From positions 1-31,877 of IMG/VR virus record IMGVR_UViG_3300013947_000014: DNA of 31,877 bases. The stretch is one strand, 5' to 3'. Source of the stretch: a virus. The notes beneath the pieces are model-generated. The model was not told where the DNA came from. It made no database searches and was given only the letters and a program-made list of their open reading frames with translations. Shown here in pieces: positions 1-7,443 of this stretch. Each line of letters starts with the position of its first letter. Positions within the stretch are counted from its first letter, which is position 1. A program made the position numbers and the translations under genes.

Positions 1-78
1 CACAAGGATATGTAAAAGAATCAGAAGACGGCTTGGCTTATTTGAAAGCTGTCTTGAAAAAGGAGGATGATTGATGTG
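1..78. repeat. Terminal overlap, identical to nt 31800-31877 (circular contig closure)
   Basis: Both contig ends read cacaaggatatgtaaaagaatcagaagacggcttggcttatttgaaagctgtcttgaaaaaggaggatgattgatgtg. The repeat cuts through the 3' end of CDS 31292..31873 and the RBS/start of CDS 74..667, so it is an assembly overlap rather than a physical terminal repeat. Confidence 0.9.
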
Positions 79-667
79 TGCAAAGAGGAGATTAGCAGCA
101 TTTTTGCTGGTTTTATTGGTGGCATCTTGCTATGTCTGGGCATTTCCAGGAAGAAAGGAGCAGGCGATACAAGCCGATTCAACACAAGCGGAAATGACAT
201 ATACAAAGAGCGGAGCGATGAAAGAATCGAACGATCTAGAGAAAGACTTGAAAGAGCCAGCGACATCATTGAAGGAGAATGATTACAGCAAGCAAGAGCT
301 GAAGGATATTATCGAAGAGCAATACAAGGATCAGATGGAGGCTGAGGAAGACAATCAAAGACTCAGAGAAGAAAATGAGAGACTCTCTGTTGCAAATGCA
401 AAACAAGCTGATGATCTGGCATATACCAGAGGACAGCTTGATAAGGCCAGCTCTGTCAAAGCCTTTGCGAATCTGAAAGCTGTAATCGGCTTTGAGGACA
501 AGCTTCCAACTTGGGGCCTTGGTGGTGATTTTGGACTAAGATTCAAATCTGGGCTGATGCTATCAGCAGGTGCAACCTACATTCTTGGCGACTTCAAGAA
601 TCCTATAGATTTTAGTTGGGATCTGGATTCGCTATCAATGAGCATGGGTATCGGTTGGGAATGGTAA
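74..667 (+). CDS. Secreted or lipoprotein-type outer-membrane protein: signal peptide, coiled-coil stalk and a YadA-like 4-strand C-terminal anchor (mini trimeric-autotransporter-like). Probable lysogenic-conversion moron.
   Basis: AGGAGG at 61-66 lies 7 nt before the ATG at 74. The N-terminus MCAKRRLAAFLLVLLVASC has a lipobox-like VAS|C (alternative SPase I site VWA|F). The central part is charged heptad-like (EEQYKDQMEAEEDNQRLREENERL). The C-terminus GLGGDFGLRF..LMLSAGATY..LSMSMGIGWEW has alternating hydrophobic residues and ends in an aromatic residue, like an OMP beta-signal or the YadA anchor ending IGVNYEF. A strong terminator follows. Confidence 0.6.
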   Translation: MCAKRRLAAFLLVLLVASCYVWAFPGRKEQAIQADSTQAEMTYTKSGAMKESNDLEKDLKEPATSLKENDYSKQELKDIIEEQYKDQMEAEEDNQRLREENERLSVANAKQADDLAYTRGQLDKASSVKAFANLKAVIGFEDKLPTWGLGGDFGLRFKSGLMLSAGATYILGDFKNPIDFSWDLDSLSMSMGIGWEW

Positions 668-685
668 TTCTGTTCTAGTTTTGCT

Positions 686-722
686 GCCTCAGAATCCATT
701 GCAGGATCTGAGGCTTTTTTAT
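686..722 (+). terminator. Rho-independent terminator after the OM-protein gene
   Basis: gcctcagaatcc-attgca-ggatctgaggc forms an 11-12 bp stem with one bulge, followed directly by tttttt (715-720). Confidence 0.8.
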
Positions 723-878
723 ATTCAACAGGAGGATAGGACTTGGTGTAAGGGCATAGAATTTATAGTATGAATTGTATGATGTAAAGCCGTAGGTATT
801 CTCAATTTTTCCTATCCGTCTATGTCAATTGCTCCTGACTGTACTTTTATTTGTTCTCATTAATTCTATTTGACTTTC

Positions 879-1910
879 TATATAGTAACACTTTCCCAAT
901 TTATCGGACTATAGAGACCTAACTATGGCTAGGGATTTTTTCTAGGTCTGCCTGGTTTTCTCTTTGGTTCGTTCCCTTCTTTTTCTTTTTTAGGCCTTCC
1001 GCGTTTTCTTTTTATGGTTGGATCTATAGCAAGTCCAAGCTTGACCATCAACTCGAAAACGGAGGGAAGATTGTTTCTTTCCCAATAGCCATCATGCAGC
1101 TTGGGCATGGTACAGTCGCCTTTGATGCTACGCCAAACAGAGGAAAGATCTTCCATCATGTCTCCATAAGAAAGCTCATCCAGTACTCCACATTCTTCTG
1201 CTTTTTTACACATCCTGGAAGTAAGAACAGTAGAAATAAAATTGATGAATTCTGATCCAATTACACTGTAGTCACCCTGTACTCTAGTCGTAGTCAAACC
1301 TAAATTGCCCTTGTACTGCGAGAACATCAACTCAAGCAACCATCTTTCCTCATATATTTTGTAAACATCTACTAGAGTGAGATCCAAATCGGAAATAAAG
1401 GCAATGATGCCAAAACGTTCTTCTCTCTCTTCGTATTGCTCTTTATTGTAGCTGCTTTTCTTGATTGCTTGATTCAAAAAAGCCTGTTCTTCTTTCCTCG
1501 CTCGGTAAGTATCTTTGAAACTATACAGAAAGCGGGAATCCTTGAGGAGAACCTTTTTCCCTTGCAATGTCTTATCCCCATAGTGGAAAGCGGTGTCAAA
1601 TGATAAGGCATTGCATTTATCGACAATCTTGGCATCGCGCTTGACGGGAAGAAGAAAGTGCAAATCCGGATTGTCCCTCAATTCTGGTTCTATGTTCTTT
1701 AACGGAAAGCCCTTGTCTGCAACAATGATGCCCCTCTTTATTTTACGTTAGTGCCAAGGATTCCTCGCTTCATGTAAAGAAAAACCACCCTTTTTTAGGA
1801 TGGTATATGTAAGATTCATTAGATAAAATGCATTTTTATGCTTTTCCTTTGTTAAAAAAGCTTTTTCCTTTAATTTGTATAGTCCGATATTTTGGGAAAG
1901 TTTTAATATA
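879..1910 (-). mobile_element. Internally deleted IS4/IS1634-like insertion sequence remnant with imperfect terminal inverted repeats
   Basis: Left end 891-914 ctttcccaatttatcggactatag matches the reverse complement of right end 1878-1900 tatagtccgatattttgggaaag at 21 of 23 positions, plus an outer tatat on both sides. The roughly 1 kb between them holds only a 5'-truncated DDE transposase reading frame. Confidence 0.6.
929..1747 (-). pseudogene. N-terminally truncated DDE transposase (IS4 superfamily) with a C-terminal AT-hook tail
   Basis: The frame is open from the stop at 1748-1750 with no credible start. It retains GIIVADKGF (a DDE Asp motif) and the Y-x2-R-x3-E-x6-K signature in YEERWLLELMFSQYK. 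It is much shorter than the size I recall for intact IS4/IS1634 transposases (about 400-560 aa, from memory). The C-terminus KRKRGRPKKEKEGNEPKRKPGRPRKNP carries two GRP AT-hook motifs. Confidence 0.65.
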
Positions 1911-1972
1911 GGAATAAGCCATTATGTAGCTAATAGAAATCAAGACTTAAGCAGGGTATTATTTGAAGATTG

Positions 1973-2013
1973 CTTCCAAGCTGAAGATGCGGGTTCGATT
2001 CCCGTCGGTCGCT
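1973..2013 (+). other. attP core: copy of the 3' half of a tRNA-Gly(UCC) gene (anticodon loop to discriminator base)
   Basis: cttccaa (anticodon loop, UCC) gctga (stem 3' strand) agat (4-nt variable loop) gcggg-ttcgatt-cccgt (T arm with GGTTCGATTCC) cggtcgc-t (acceptor 3' strand plus discriminator). No matching 5' half lies upstream, so it is not a functional tRNA. It sits 120 nt upstream of the integrase gene. Confidence 0.7.
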
Positions 2014-2132
2014 TTAGTTCGTAAGTTGTTGTATAGCAAATATTTACTCTGCTCTACCGAAGTTTTGATAGAATCGGTTTTTGTTCTTTAGGAACAAAAA
2101 AGAACAATCGAGTTCACTTAGGAGAGCAAAAA

Positions 2133-3269
2133 ATGAGAAAAAGAAACAAAATCCCAACACTTTTTGAAGATAAGGGCAATTGGTACTTCTTTTCCTATGA
2201 CGAGTCAGGAAAGAGAAGAAAAATCTCTTGTTGCACAAAATCGCGAAAAGATGCAGAAGCCGTTTTGAAGGAATTCATCCGTGTGCCAGTTGTGCAAATC
2301 GAGAAGCGAAAGACTCTAAAAAGCTGCATCAAAGAATTTGCCAATATAGACACCAATCCCAGGCTCAAGGAATCGGAAATCACAGGAAGATTGTATGGAC
2401 ATCTTCATGCTGTGAATATGCAATCGAAAGCAAAAAGGCTATTGGAAACTATACCTAGCAAATGCTTGCTGAAGCCTGTAAAGGACTTATCCAGAATCGA
2501 ATGCATAGAGATAAGAAAGCAAATCTGGCTCAAATATGGACCTACATCAGTCTCATACAATATCTGGAAAGCCTTTAAAAGCATCCTTTCATACTGTTCC
2601 CAAGCTGGATACATTATCCAATCTCCAGCTTCTGGTCTTGCGAATATAAGCTATGAGAAACAACAAAGGGTTGCCATCCCGATTCAGGACATAAAGGCTA
2701 TATGGGAGTCTAATCACTTTCTCTCAGAGGAATACAGGGCTTTTTTTGGAGTCTTGGCTACAACCGGCATGAGAAGAGGAGAAGCCGCAGCTCTTTGCAC
2801 GGCTCAATTGAACGAGAGGAATGGAATCAAGCAGATATTGATCAACAGAGCCAGAAAGGACGAGGACTGGAAGACAATAGGACTTCCCAAGATGAACATC
2901 ATAAGAACTATTCCCATTGCCAATGTTACTTACGAAATCCTCAAGCCATATCTGAAGCCAGATGCTCCATCGGATCTGATCTTCCCAAATATCACAAGAC
3001 AAGGCATAAAGATATGTTTTGACCGCATAAGATGCCTTACTGATTTCAAGATGGATTTCATTGCTCCTGAAAGAATCCAGAAGATATCACCTCATGTTTT
3101 GAGGCACTCCCTGAATACAGAGTTGGTTCTATCAAAGCTTAACAATATCCTTGTGCAGGAGTATCTTTCCTGGCATCATCAAGATCTTGGCACACAAGAG
3201 GGATATACCCATATCTATGCAGAGAACCTTCTTCCTGTTGCAGAGCAGATAGACAGGATATTTGGATGA
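2133..3269 (+). CDS. int: Tyrosine recombinase / phage integrase
   Basis: AGGAG RBS. 378 aa. Catalytic signature ATTGMRRGEAAAL (Arg), HVLRHS (H-x-x-R) and GYTHIY (Tyr nucleophile). Adjacent to the tRNA-derived attP. Confidence 0.9.
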   Translation: MRKRNKIPTLFEDKGNWYFFSYDESGKRRKISCCTKSRKDAEAVLKEFIRVPVVQIEKRKTLKSCIKEFANIDTNPRLKESEITGRLYGHLHAVNMQSKAKRLLETIPSKCLLKPVKDLSRIECIEIRKQIWLKYGPTSVSYNIWKAFKSILSYCSQAGYIIQSPASGLANISYEKQQRVAIPIQDIKAIWESNHFLSEEYRAFFGVLATTGMRRGEAAALCTAQLNERNGIKQILINRARKDEDWKTIGLPKMNIIRTIPIANVTYEILKPYLKPDAPSDLIFPNITRQGIKICFDRIRCLTDFKMDFIAPERIQKISPHVLRHSLNTELVLSKLNNILVQEYLSWHHQDLGTQEGYTHIYAENLLPVAEQIDRIFG

Positions 3270-3314
3270 CAGTCATCCTTACATTCATTGACAAAGGAGC
3301 ATTTTTGCTACATC

Positions 3315-3602
3315 ATGAACAAAAGATATGAAGTACGATTATCCAAGAAGGCATGCAAGAGTCTTGGAAGGCTTCCAGAGATGGAGAAATATAGATTCGC
3401 TCTTCTTTTGGATGATATCAGAGCCAATGGACCAATCAGAAAGAACTGGAAAAACTTCTCTGAATTGGAATCTGGGAGAGGTTGGGCAAAGTACCATTGC
3501 CACCTGAGTTACCACTGGGTAGCTTGTTGGATATGGGAAAAAGATTCTATCATAGTGGAGGTGTATTATGCTGGCAGTCGTGAAGCAGCCCCATACAAAT
3601 AA
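3315..3602 (+). CDS. RelE/ParE-superfamily (HigB/YafQ-like) type II toxin
   Basis: About 95 aa. The C-terminal pattern KYHCHLSYHWVACWIWEKDSIIVEVYYAGSREAAPY resembles the RelE/YafQ core. The gene overlaps a downstream XRE-HTH gene by 35 nt, giving the toxin-first HigBA order. The start could instead be the TTG at 3288. Confidence 0.6.
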   Translation: MNKRYEVRLSKKACKSLGRLPEMEKYRFALLLDDIRANGPIRKNWKNFSELESGRGWAKYHCHLSYHWVACWIWEKDSIIVEVYYAGSREAAPYK

Positions 3603-3951
3603 GGAAGTCCTAAGGATAGAAGGAACTATCTCAAATGGGCTTTTGCAATATGTCAATACAACATATGGAAAAGAGAATGTAAGTTTCTGGAACAATCATG
3701 GAGAAGAACTTTTGGATCCATTTGATATGGATTGGTACAAGGATGCGAAGAAGGGCATAAAAGACAATCCAGGGATAAAGCTCAGTACATACAGATGGAA
3801 TTCAGGTCTCACACAGAAAGAGCTTGCTGAGAAATCAGGAGTGGCAAGGGAATCCATATCCCAGATAGAGAGAGGAAAGAGACCTATTGGCATCAATGTG
3901 GCAAGGAAGCTTGCTCCTGCTTTGGAAATCAGCTATAAGGATTTGTTGTAG
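3568..3951 (+). CDS. XRE-family HTH antitoxin (HigA-like)
   Basis: GGAGG lies 6 nt before the ATG. C-terminal HTH_3 signature: LTQKELAEKSGVARESISQIERGKRPIGINVARKLAPAL. Translationally coupled to the toxin gene. Confidence 0.7.
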   Translation: MLAVVKQPHTNKEVLRIEGTISNGLLQYVNTTYGKENVSFWNNHGEELLDPFDMDWYKDAKKGIKDNPGIKLSTYRWNSGLTQKELAEKSGVARESISQIERGKRPIGINVARKLAPALEISYKDLL

Positions 3952-4120
3952 CGACATGAAATTTCATCGCAATTGCTATCTGTATTGGATGGCATTTTTA
4001 CGATTTCATATTTGGTAGTTCATTCTGAAAGCTTTTATTTGCTTGAAGATCGCAGCAAGCAATGATATTTTTAAGTTGGTTATCGAATGGTGTTATTTAT
4101 TGATAATTATGAGGGAAAGG

Positions 4121-4334
4121 ATGACAGCAACTTTCAATGTTTCTCAGAGTGTAATTGATTGGATTATTTCTCAGGTAAAGGGGAATGTCGTTTTAATGTC
4201 CTCCGATTCTAAAATAATGCCAGAGTTATTAGCCTGGAAAGAGATCACCAAAGATTCCTGATGTAGCGAAAGCTTTTGGTATAGACGTAAAAGATATTTC
4301 ATATCTGTTCAGGGCTTTGGGAATAAAGCTATAG
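4121..4334 (+). pseudogene. Frameshifted remnant of an XRE/ImmA-type regulator
   Basis: The frame from ATG 4121 (MTATFNVSQSVIDWIISQ...LLAWKEITKDS*) stops at 4259-4261. The +1 frame continues from 4233 as PGKRSPKIPDVAKAFGIDVKDISYLFRALGIKL* (stop 4332-4334), which looks like the remainder of an HTH. Neither piece is a convincing gene on its own. Confidence 0.35.
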
Positions 4335-4612
4335 GAACGTAAGGGATGGCTCTACGAGACTGATATCTGCTAGACGAGCAGATAGTGAAGAAGAGGGATT
4401 CTTTCTGCGATTAAGCATAGCGGTGCAGGCTGGCAGATGAGAGTAAATGATTACCTAAGGCAAGGTGTTGCAAGAGGACAACTCTGAGTGAATATATCGG
4501 TATCTAGGTTTATCTTTTGATGATTATTACGATGAAAGCCACTCGGTGCATATTGCCCAGTGGTTATCTTTGTATAGCGGGGCTAGGTAAGATTTACCAG
4601 TTGTTCTCTTCT

Positions 4613-4960
4613 TCATCCCAGCAATTCCGTGGAAACGGTATTATTTTTTCCAGGAATCCTGAGGATTCTTTCAATGAGTATGAAATCTTCTTCTGTAGCA
4701 AAATGCATTAGATAACTTGCAATCCTTTCTATTCTCGGTGGATAGCGTTTCGTATCCTCTCCTGAGAGAAGGTATTCCATTGGCTTGCCTATAGCTTTCG
4801 ATAATTTGAAGACGTCTATTGTCTTGGGCAACCTCATGTCTGTGCGTTGCTGTTTCATGTTATCTTTGCTCAGGTTGCCTTTTTCATAAAGCTCTCCTAG
4901 TGTTTTATACGGGTTGCATTCATCCACTCGCTTCCAAAATTCTTTACCATCAGTAATCAT
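4613..4960 (-). CDS. CI-like XRE-family repressor with no S24 peptidase domain
   Basis: The only long minus-strand gene, divergent from the early operon. It starts at MITDGKEFWKRV (ATG 4960-4958). HTH-like segment: KTLGELYEKGNLSKDNMKQQRTDMRLPKTIDVFKLSKAIGKPMEYLL. The track ORF extends to 5044 through the (TAC)n repeat and is rejected. Confidence 0.65.
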   Translation of the reverse strand: MITDGKEFWKRVDECNPYKTLGELYEKGNLSKDNMKQQRTDMRLPKTIDVFKLSKAIGKPMEYLLSGEDTKRYPPRIERIASYLMHFATEEDFILIERILRIPGKNNTVSTELLG

Positions 4961-5003
4961 GGCACAATAGTAGAAAAAAATAATAAAAATATCACCAAAA
5001 TTC

Positions 5004-5033
5004 ATTGACAACTTACTACTACTACTACTACAC
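5004..5033 (+). promoter_or_regulatory. Candidate early rightward promoter TTGACA-18 nt-TACACT
   Basis: TTGACA at 5004-5009, an 18-nt spacer made almost entirely of (TAC)n, and TACACT at 5028-5033. It lies in the 119-nt divergent region between the repressor (start 4960) and the RHH gene (start 5080). Its reverse complement overlaps a TTGTCA that could serve the repressor promoter. Confidence 0.35.
5013..5030. repeat. (TAC)6 trinucleotide microsatellite in the genetic-switch intergenic region
   Basis: Read directly: tac x6 at 5013-5030. Confidence 0.95.
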
Positions 5034-5079
5034 TTAACTAACAAGAGATATTAATACAACTCTAAAAGTAGGCAAAGTG

Positions 5080-5247
5080 ATGGCAGAACTTTTTTCGACA
5101 AAGATACTTATTACAAAAGAAGAGAAGAACTCGTTCAGGAATCTTGCCAGATCAAAAGGAATGACTTTCTCTGGATATCTTGGCCAATTGGTCAAGCGTG
5201 AGCTAGCAAACAGTAGGAGGCCTGAAGATGGCGATAAACAAGCTTGA
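5080..5247 (+). CDS. Ribbon-helix-helix (Arc/CopG-like) small regulator, candidate Cro analogue
   Basis: A 55-aa ORF below the track cutoff: MAELFSTKILITKEEKNSFRNLARSKGMTFSGYLGQLVKRELANSRRPEDGDKQA. The pattern is a beta-strand (KILITK) followed by two helices. It is the first gene of the rightward operon and overlaps the next gene by 20 nt. The RBS is weak. Confidence 0.5.
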   Translation: MAELFSTKILITKEEKNSFRNLARSKGMTFSGYLGQLVKRELANSRRPEDGDKQA

Positions 5248-5551
5248 CGCTCTTATGAAGCTCTATGAAAAGGAGTGTGAACAAGAGTCAATCCATACAA
5301 ACTTGAAGAAATCCATCTGGGATCAGATAGAGCTGATTCTAGGTGAAGAAGAGTTTATACGTCCCAAGGAGGCTGCAAGAATCCTTGGAGTTTCTGGGCA
5401 GACGGTAATCAACTGGATCAGGATTGGAGTCTTCAGACCAGACGAATACAAGAAGGTATCAAACCATACGTATTTGCTGAGCAAAAGGGTTGTCAAGACT
5501 GGAGACTTCTTTAAACGCAGGAAAAACCTTGGTTCAAGCACAGCCGAGTAG
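5228..5551 (+). CDS. MerR/excisionase-type HTH DNA-binding protein
   Basis: AGGAGG lies 7 nt upstream. HTH_17-like motif: RPKEAARILGVSGQTVINWIRIGVF. Confidence 0.6.
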   Translation: MAINKLDALMKLYEKECEQESIHTNLKKSIWDQIELILGEEEFIRPKEAARILGVSGQTVINWIRIGVFRPDEYKKVSNHTYLLSKRVVKTGDFFKRRKNLGSSTAE

Positions 5552-5724
5552 ATTTTTATACAACAACTTTCGGATATCAGTAGTCAGATTGGGGCTATGG
5601 CAGGAATCGATTTGGGAGACGGTTCATGTAAAGAAAAGGTCTCTAAGAAGAGACCAAACACCATGGAGCAGGGAAACCACTCTTCTGCTCCATTCCTTAA
5701 ATGATTTTAACAAAGGAGACCGCA

Positions 5725-5886
5725 ATGAAACAAGTGCTTTTCATTCTAGTAGCAACAGTCATCATGGAATGGCTTATGCTTATGGACTTCATCGAATACA
5801 AGAGATGCTCCAGAAGGACAAAGAGAACGAGAGAGATCTTTGGGGACAACTGGGCAATCATCAATAACGAGTTCATCGAATTCTAA
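5725..5886 (+). CDS. Small hypothetical membrane protein
   Basis: AGGAG lies 6 nt before the ATG. The N-terminal MKQVLFILVATVIMEWLMLM is hydrophobic. Confidence 0.4.
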   Translation: MKQVLFILVATVIMEWLMLMDFIEYKRCSRRTKRTREIFGDNWAIINNEFIEF

Positions 5887-5895
5887 GGAGAAACC

Positions 5896-7443
5896 ATGGC
5901 AAGGTCGTTGAATATCAAATGCCTCATCCCTGATGAGAACAACAGGCAGTATGGTGGCACAGAGCTTATAAGCTCAATAGTTGATGGCAATGAGAAGATA
6001 TACACTCCATTGCTTGTAGAGAAAGCAGAGAAAGCGGGGCAATACTATGTCATAGATGGGCATAGAAGACTTGCATCGGCAATAAAGGCTGGGATAGAAA
6101 GTGTCCCATGCGAGATTCTCACAAAAGACGAGGCTGAGAGAGCAAAGGCAATAACAAACATAGACAGACAGTCCTTGTCTCCATTGGATCAATACACATC
6201 GATAATGCAGCTGAAGCTCTTCGGCTACAACAACTCCTGCATAGGCAATATGCTTGGGATATCTAAATACCAAGTCGAGAGGAGACTCAGGCTCAATAAC
6301 CTGATAGAGCCTTTGAAGAAGAAGCTGATAAAAGGAGAGCTTAGCGTTGACAAGGCTTCGGAGTTTGCACTTGCAAGCCCTGAGATCCAGAAGAAGGTAT
6401 TGGAGAAAGTCGATTATATCCTACAGAGTGCATATTCACAGAAAGATGTAAGAAGAGCAATCAATCTCACAGAAGGAATAGCACTTGGACATTACAGCAA
6501 TGCGTTTGTCGAGATGGGTGGCGTATGGGGATGTTCATGCCTGGAATGCAAAAGCAATCCCAACTCGGACTGTCTTCTGTTCGAGAATCCAAGCAAGGAG
6601 GAGTCCTTCTGCACACTTGGCAATTATTCATGCATCTCCGACAAGCTTGTTCGCATGTGCCTTGATAGCAATGCAGATGGGATATGCACTGCCAATAAAG
6701 AGATTGCCGATTATGCAAAAGGCAAAGGAATAAAGATCCTAGAGAGGAGTTGGCCAAGGTACACGCAAAAGGAAGACGAATGGCTTTCATCAGAGGTGGC
6801 ACTGGATGATGATGGGGAAATCATCTATCAGGATGTTGTCTTGAAAGACGATGTCGGCAAAGACGAGAAGCTAAACGACAAGGCTATCGAAAAAGCAATA
6901 GACCAATGTAAAAAGACCATAGACTCAATCATGGATCTCATGCTTTCAGTATACAGGAGCAAAGCCATGCCATTGCTTCCAGCAGATGTAAGGCTTGCAT
7001 TGATTATCTCGAAATACAGAGAAGGCAGCTATAACAATTTCCTTGTCTGGGATTCCTCTCTTGGCAGGGACTTGGAAGGAGCAATTGCCAAGATGGGATT
7101 GGAGCCTGTCATTGAGGGAAAGGCAAAGGATCCTCTCAAAAGCATGGACAGCGAGGATGTGTCGAAACTCTTAAGGCACATTCTGTTCGAGAAGGATATA
7201 TATCTTCTTCTCAAGGACCAAAAGATCTACTCTGTGGCAAGCCTTACGCCTACATTCTATTCAGTGAAGTGCGGGAGCATCGACAAGGCGCTTGGAACAA
7301 AGCTGGAGAGAATACTGGAGCGTGCGAAGGCATGGTGGCCAGCAAGCACACTCTGGGATTCCATCTACGAAATGGCGGGGCGATATAACAAGCTCATAGA
7401 GACAATGGTCTCTCTTTCTGAAAACGAGAAGGAGGACAAGTAA
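5896..7443 (+). CDS. ParB N-terminal (ParB/Srx nuclease-like) domain protein
   Basis: AGGAG RBS. ParB box YYVIDGHRRLASAIKAGIESVPCEIL. Followed by an HTH-like segment (NNSCIGNMLGISKYQVERRL) and a Cys-rich stretch. Confidence 0.7.
   Translation: MARSLNIKCLIPDENNRQYGGTELISSIVDGNEKIYTPLLVEKAEKAGQYYVIDGHRRLASAIKAGIESVPCEILTKDEAERAKAITNIDRQSLSPLDQYTSIMQLKLFGYNNSCIGNMLGISKYQVERRLRLNNLIEPLKKKLIKGELSVDKASEFALASPEIQKKVLEKVDYILQSAYSQKDVRRAINLTEGIALGHYSNAFVEMGGVWGCSCLECKSNPNSDCLLFENPSKEESFCTLGNYSCISDKLVRMCLDSNADGICTANKEIADYAKGKGIKILERSWPRYTQKEDEWLSSEVALDDDGEIIYQDVVLKDDVGKDEKLNDKAIEKAIDQCKKTIDSIMDLMLSVYRSKAMPLLPADVRLALIISKYREGSYNNFLVWDSSLGRDLEGAIAKMGLEPVIEGKAKDPLKSMDSEDVSKLLRHILFEKDIYLLLKDQKIYSVASLTPTFYSVKCGSIDKALGTKLERILERAKAWWPASTLWDSIYEMAGRYNKLIETMVSLSENEKEDK

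Noticed and set aside
1-78. A physical direct terminal repeat (DTR) of the virion genome
   Set aside because: The repeat lies inside a gene and its neighbour's RBS, and its length is near a typical assembler k-mer. The HNH/P27/TerL module also predicts cos ends. An assembly-circularisation artefact is more likely.
1973-2013. A functional tRNA gene
   Set aside because: Only the 3' half is present (anticodon loop onward). The upstream sequence cannot form the anticodon-stem 5' strand, the D arm or the acceptor 5' strand. It was interpreted as the attP core.
4961-5044. 5' extension of the repressor ORF (MLVKCSSSSSKLSMNFGDIFIIFFYYCA...)
   Set aside because: The extension simply translates the (TAC)6 repeat and the A+T-rich promoter region. 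The HTH protein starts plausibly at ATG 4960.
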